From the human T2T-CHM13v2.0 reference genome, Homo sapiens, in NCBI RefSeq assembly GCF_009914755.1, contig NC_060928.1: DNA of 64,000 bases; one strand, 5' to 3'. The notes below the pieces were generated by a model. That model saw nothing but the letters and a program-made list of their open reading frames with translations. It made no database searches and was not told where the DNA came from. Every line of letters begins with the position of its first letter. Within the stretch, counting starts at the first letter, position 1. Below are positions 58,101 to 64,000 of the stretch, piece by piece. The translations under genes were made by a program, and so were the position numbers.

Positions 58101-58538
58101 TGTGATGGTTAATACTGTCAACTTGATTGGATTGTAAGATGCAAAGTATTGACCCTGGGTGTGTCTGTGAGGGTGTTGCCAAAGGAGATTAACATTTGAG
58201 TCAGTGGGCTGGGAAAGGTAGACCCACCCTTAATCTGGGTGGGCACAATCTAATCAGCTGCCAGCGTGGCCAGATTAAAAGCAGGCAGAAGAATGTGGAA
58301 AGGTTAGAATGGCTTAGCCTCCCAGCCTACATCTTTCTCCTGTGCTGGATGCTTCCTGCCCTTAAATATCAGACTCCAAGTTCTTCAGCTTTGGGACTCA
58401 GACTGGCTGCCTTGCTCCTCAGCTTGCAGATGGCCTATCGTGGGACCTTGTGATCATGTGAGTTAATGCTACTTAATAAATTTCCCTTTATATATATATC
58501 TATCCTATTAGTTCTGTCCCTCTAGAGAACCCTAACAC
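58101..58538 (+). mobile_element. MLT2A LTR (ERVL)
   Basis: tgtgatggttaatactgtcaacttgattggattg...tcctattagttctgtccctctagagaaccctaacaca. Confidence 0.92.
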
Positions 58539-60112
58539 AGGAACCAACATATAGAATCTGACACACCACAACTCCAAAATGGCAATATTTAATACAGCCA
58601 TCCCTAGCAGAAGTCCTACACCCTAGATTCTCCTAACCATGCAATGTACCTATGGCATCACACCCAACTCTGAATCTACCTCAGTGTGTGCTCCCAGCCT
58701 CTTACTAAAGAATGAGATGATAATGAGGAAAGACTGAGGTCAATTCCATTATTAATTCTCACACTCTAATTGAAATCCAGTGTATTTTAAGCTTCCCTTC
58801 CAGTGACATCCTAAAATAAACCTAATTGTAGTTATTATGCATCTTTCTTTTAAATGCCCATTGCTTTTCATCATAGGAAATAAAAACCTAATATTAAAGC
58901 TGTGTTGTGTCATATGTCATGCCAGAATCTCCTCTATGCTCTTAATGTCAATAGCAAAAGCAGAAAGAGCAGTAGGGCCATTTCAGGAACCCAGGCAAGT
59001 GGCAAAAACATAAAGACTGAGGAGAGGGCTATTGTGAGAACTCAAGTTGAAAGGGGCTGATCAGGATTGCAGCTATTATTTGGCAATGATATGAAGAGGT
59101 GAGACAAGGAATTAGGAGGCCTTGAAGTCCAACCAAGGAGAACTAATGAACTACATTATGCCCTAACTTGGTCTCATTTAAAGGCTTCTGGATCTGTCCC
59201 CAAAAGTGTGCCACAATTATTCTTAAAGTCACAGCACTCTGAATCCACCACATGACAGATTAATTAACTCTTACCTCCACTGCATTTGCTCTTAAATTTC
59301 TCTTTCTTACCTTGGCATTTCATGATATTTCAGTATTACATTTCTAACTATTCACAGAATAACCCCACTCAGATGTTCATCATCTTCCCAGGAACATTAC
59401 AGTGATATCTGGAGGAAAATGGGAAAGAAAGTCACCTACACTACCATCCCTATGGGCTCAGTTCCCATTTGTAGAGCATAAGCTATGAAGAACTCCTTGC
59501 ACAAACTCCTAAGGGGAAGAAAGGGGCATGATGGTACCTTGAGCTCGAGCTTGAACTGAGTCTTGACACTTTGCTTTAGAAGAGTAAGAGCTGAAAGAAC
59601 TGCCATTTCAAAACCGCCAACAGTTTTTTGTTTCACAAAAACATGGAAATAGATCAGAGACAACTGGCTACTTTGTTCTGATTAAACCTCTTGAATGTTA
59701 TGTAAATGTACAGCAAAGGCAGAATTAGAAGAAGACAGGATTTTGTTTAGTTATGCAAAAGCTTTTTTACTTGGTAGACAAGAATTGCATTTCCACAGAT
59801 TTAGTTCCCTTGAGGGAATGTCTCTCCTGAGATTAAGACTCCTCTAAACCTGAAAATGGTTGCCTTTCTTGGGAGATGTGAGTTGAGGACATTGCTGGTA
59901 TCAGATAAGGACCTGGGGACCAGAGGTTGAAGGAACTGCTTATGTAAGACACATTCTGTGCCCTGGGCATGAACAGTGCTGCTTTGAGCTCCAGATGGTG
60001 AAGTGTGATACTGAGTTGAAGAGGCAGCCTCCTCTGTCCAGAATCCTTAATACACTAACACTAAGGAGTGTCAGGTTTTAGAACCTCAGACCTGGAAATG
60101 GTATTCAATGCA

Positions 60113-60285
60113 TTCTCTCTCTCTCTCTTCCGTTGTCTCTTTCTCTCCCCCTCTCTCTCTCTACCCCCCTTTCTCTCTCTCATTGTCTCTCTTTCTCTCT
60201 CACTCTCTCCCATTGTCTCTCTCTCTCTCCCCCGCAATTGTCTCTCTCTCTCTCTTTCTCCCATTATCTCTCTCTCTCTTTCCTT
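60113..60285. repeat. CT-rich compound microsatellite with a higher-order cattgtctctct unit
   Basis: Polypyrimidine/polypurine tract read directly from the sequence. Confidence 0.95.
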
Positions 60286-61579
60286 TGATCTATGCCCTCT
60301 CTGGTGTTTTATTATCTCCTACTGCAAATAGGCATTCTCCACAAGATCAAGAAAAAAAACTATTGGCATCTATTTTCATAAATTTCTAACTCTGGTATTC
60401 AAAAGTTAGTTCCATTTACAACATTCCTGGTAAAATACTGACTTGGGTCACATGACCTACCTCACCATAGGGAGAGGTATTCTCACTGACCTGGTCTGAG
60501 CCATACACCCAAGGAGATAACCTTTGCCACTAGAAGAAGTGATGGGAGTTGACCAGTAACCTGACTAACGTACTTGACAACTAAAAACAAAAGCTAGCAC
60601 TTGCAGTATGTGAAAAGCTGAAAAAATATTTTATCCCAAGTCTGGGCATATATCCATAGCTTCAGAGCCCCATCTGTGTTCCCTTGTACTCTCAGACAGG
60701 CCCTTAAGGAAAGAAAGAACAGGCATGTTGTCCACTAGCACCAAGAAGGACACACAAATATTCGTGAATGAAGACATGAATAAAAGTACCAAATGCATTG
60801 TTCCCTAACCCTGGACCTTCCCCTTAACCACTTTGTTCACTCTGCTCTTATTCTTCATGTGACGAGGTCACTTAGGGCAGAGGAGACAGGTAGGAGCAGT
60901 GTGGTCTTGCTTGTCCTGAGTTGTGGCTCAAAAATAAGAGAAAAGGTTTGAGAGACATAATTCATCTTCAACAATATAAACTTGAACAATTTAATCCTTA
61001 TAAGTCTGTAAAGTAGAAATCCAAGATTTTGGATTTTTAAATGCGTTAGTTGGTATGAGTGTGATCAAATTTAAACTGCCTATAGAGTCAGATAAACTTA
61101 ATATTTATCATTTATATTCAAAAATATCAGGAAAACTAACTTTTTAAAAGAGAGAAAAACAGTTTGATTTTATAACAATAATATAATTGCAGTCATTAAA
61201 AAATGTCTTACTACAGATTCCTAATTATCATTCAGGACAATAAAAATTATGCATTATGATTAAGTACGTGTCAAATTTACTTTTGCAAATTCTATGTGCT
61301 TCTGATGCTTAGTTCTGAAATATCGTCAAGATTTAAATCTGCCCACACTTGTAAAATGAAACAAAACAAAACAAAAACCCAAAACTAGAGAAAGCCTAGG
61401 TTAGTATGTCATGAGTACCTCATTGTTGTCTAATGTTACATGTCTTTGTTTTACCTTCCCAACTAGATTGCAAACTTCTTAAGATGTTTTACATTTGTGA
61501 TGAAATAATTCTAGGTTGAGAATGGATACCAAGACTATTTAGAATTCCTGATACAGACGAGAAAAAACATCCTTCAAAC

Positions 61580-62415
61580 CAGTGCTTCTTAAGCCTATCA
61601 GACCTAACACGCTGTGTTTAGAACAAATGCTTCGAAGTAACCATTTTATTATCCTGAAATGCAACTCATTGTTGGCATGATGAAGAAGCATACAATTTCA
61701 CTATAAAAAGACAATTTAGTACCCTGTCTATAATACAAAAAAAGGAATTAAGTTTAAAATAAAATAATACATTTTATTGTTGTAAATTTATAAGCACAGC
61801 TAAACAAGAAGACCTATAAAGTAGGTCGATTCTTGCACCTATTACCATGAAAAGTTTGCAATTAAAAGACATAAGAAAATATTCAGCTGAAATGTGGATA
61901 CTTTTCTTTATATTTGTTTGACATTTGAAATCACCATGAGAGAGGCAATAAATGCTAACTGATCAGAGTAAGTTATACCAGCAATTCAAATACCAGGGGT
62001 AGAGTTGGATGTCAGTGACAGGATTTTCCAAAATGGTGAACAACCCTTGAAAAGATTTACAAGAAAAAACTACAATTTTCCCTAGATTTGCCCCATAGTT
62101 GCATTCCTAAAAAATTTCAAGCATATAAAAATCTTCTGAACATACTTTTGTTCATAGGTAGAATGGTATTGGATTCTAGGCTCAGAAAATTATAAACAGG
62201 CTTTCCAAATCATAAATATGCAGTGAGACATCTAAAAGTGGTGCAAGACCCAGAGCAGTTTTGTGTTTAATGAGACTGTTTCTCATAGTACAGGGTATTT
62301 AAGATGCATAGCTCCCAATCACTAAATGCCAGTAGTGCCACCCAATCATTGTGACGAAAAAACATCTCTCACAAATTCTAAATACTTTCTAGGAGAGTCC
62401 CTTTTGAGAATTACT
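61580..62415. mobile_element. Old hAT/Charlie-like DNA transposon remnant
   Basis: cagtgcttcttaa ... ttgagaattact termini and a MER3/33-like subterminal sequence (cactaaatgccagtag...ccaatcattgtgacgaaaaaacatctctc). Confidence 0.5.
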
Positions 62416-62593
62416 TCATTAAAGTTTGCAATAAGTTTCTACCTACTAAGAGATGGAAAGTAAAACCCCTCAGCCTGAGAAATTAGGAGTTCTGTTTGTA
62501 ATGTAAATGGCGTATATCTTTTGCCAAATCTATGCCTGCAGCAGATTGTTTCCAATGAGATAAACTTGCACCAAATATATTATTGCTAGTTCT

Positions 62594-62648
62594 GTGTGTG
62601 TGTGTTTGTGTGTGTGTGTGTTTGTGGGAGAGAGAGAGAGAGAGAGAG
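62594..62648. repeat. (TG)n-(GA)n microsatellite
   Basis: Read directly from the sequence. Confidence 0.95.
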
Positions 62649-63627
62649 CTTATGTTGCTCAAATGAAGTCAGGAAGACAAAGCAAGAACTGGAAATTTGT
62701 GCAGACTGCTTCCCATTTCAACAAGACTGTAAAGCAGCTAGATTGGGTTTGACCCACACTGATGTAATGTAGTAATGTGGTCTCACACAAGTTATTTTTC
62801 AAGACTAAATAACCCACATTTGGAAATTGTACTGCCTGCTCCACCACAGAGCAATCATTTTGGGAAAGCCAAAGAATAAGACCACATATCAGAGGGTAGG
62901 GTTTACTGCACCATGTTCCCATTGTTAATTTTCCTGGGAACAGGCCATCATGACAAAGGAAAAGACTGAAACAGTAGTTCTTAGAAGAGGTGAAAGGAAA
63001 AGGTTTTTCTTTTATGGCAGTCAGAAATTAGGGGACTTGGCTTTGGAAAGGGGCAGCAGGTTTCTGTTGAGAAGTAAACTGTTTCTGCAGAATTAGAGCA
63101 GGCTAATTAGATGTGGGACAGAAAACAAACATCTGCCACAATAATTAAGCCAGGATATCAGAAAAAGGAGCTCAGTAGGATATACTTAGGAAAGGGCTTC
63201 AGCCTACTTACTTTGAGACCTGCCAGTTGTCCAGTGTTAAGTTATCTGTGTTGTTATCAGAATCAAACATTAAAAACATACAGCCTATTCTTACCATTGT
63301 TTTGGAGAACTGAGAAAGGGTCAGCATGTTGGAGAATTGAGGAGACTCAACAGATCAGATGAGAAGGCTAATACTCTCATCATGGGCAGAGGGTTTAAAA
63401 GCTGGGATCAATAATTCAAACTTTCATATAGTACTTTCCACTTCACAACTGTTGGAGCAACAAAGTTTTGGGAGAACTGCTCCATGACGAAGCACCTTCA
63501 TTAACTCCTTTCACTTGGAATTCCTAAAGAGCATACCTGTTACCTTCTCAGCTACCCAGAAGCACAGAAAATCATTTAAATTCATCCTAATACCAATAGA
63601 AATAGAAATAGAGAATAGTTTTTCCTT

Positions 63628-63965
63628 TACTGTGGTTTGAATGTTTGTTCTGTTCAAAATTCATGTTGAAATTTAATTGCCATTGTAACAGTATTAAGAG
63701 GTGGGACTTTTGAGATGTGATTAGGCCATGAGGGCTCTGCCTACACGAGCCAGCTTAATGCCATTATAATAAGGCAAATTTGAACCCCTTTTGCTTCTTT
63801 GTCCTTTTGTCTCCCTCCATCTGATGATGCAGCAAAGTCCTTGCCATATGCCAGATCCTTGATCTTAGACTTCCCAGCCTCCAGAGCTGTGAGAAAATAA
63901 ATTTATGTTCGTTATAACTTACCCAGTTTCAGGTACTCTTTTATAGCAGGACAAAATTAACTATG
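63628..63965 (+). mobile_element. MST-family MaLR LTR
   Basis: ctgtggtttgaatgtttgt...aattcatgttgaaatttaattgccattgtaacagtattaagaggtggg...gacttcccagcctccagagctgtgagaaaataaattt. Confidence 0.9.
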
Positions 63966-64000
63966 GCATCCTTCCTCAACACAAAGTTAAGAATCAGAAG

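Noticed and set aside
60061-60389. ER-rich and SL-rich ORFs
   Set aside because: Translations of the CT/GA microsatellite.

Overview
Primate (most likely human) genomic DNA, AT-rich and dominated by interspersed repeats. It holds the 5' end of STPG2 (sperm-tail PG-rich repeat protein 2) on the minus strand: a CpG/GC-rich promoter at about 26.1-26.65 kb and three coding exons (26126-26018, 17427-17315, 11562-11398) that splice in frame through GT-AG sites. An additional in-frame exon-like segment encoding another PGP-x-x-Y repeat lies at 15579-15421. The rest is L1, Alu, MaLR/ERV LTRs, DNA transposons, and U6 and Y4 RNA retrocopies. The most unusual structure is an ~8.8 kb LTR8/HUERS-P1-like endogenous retrovirus (38772-47590) shaped like its RNA (R-U5...U3-R, A-tail, 14-bp TSD), so apparently retroposed by LINE-1 rather than by integrase. 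It carries an inverted copy of the neighbouring flank, and several template-switch scars occur across the window. Repeat subfamily names and comparisons with database proteins are recalled from memory and need confirmation. Nearly all entries in the ORF track are repeat-derived noise.
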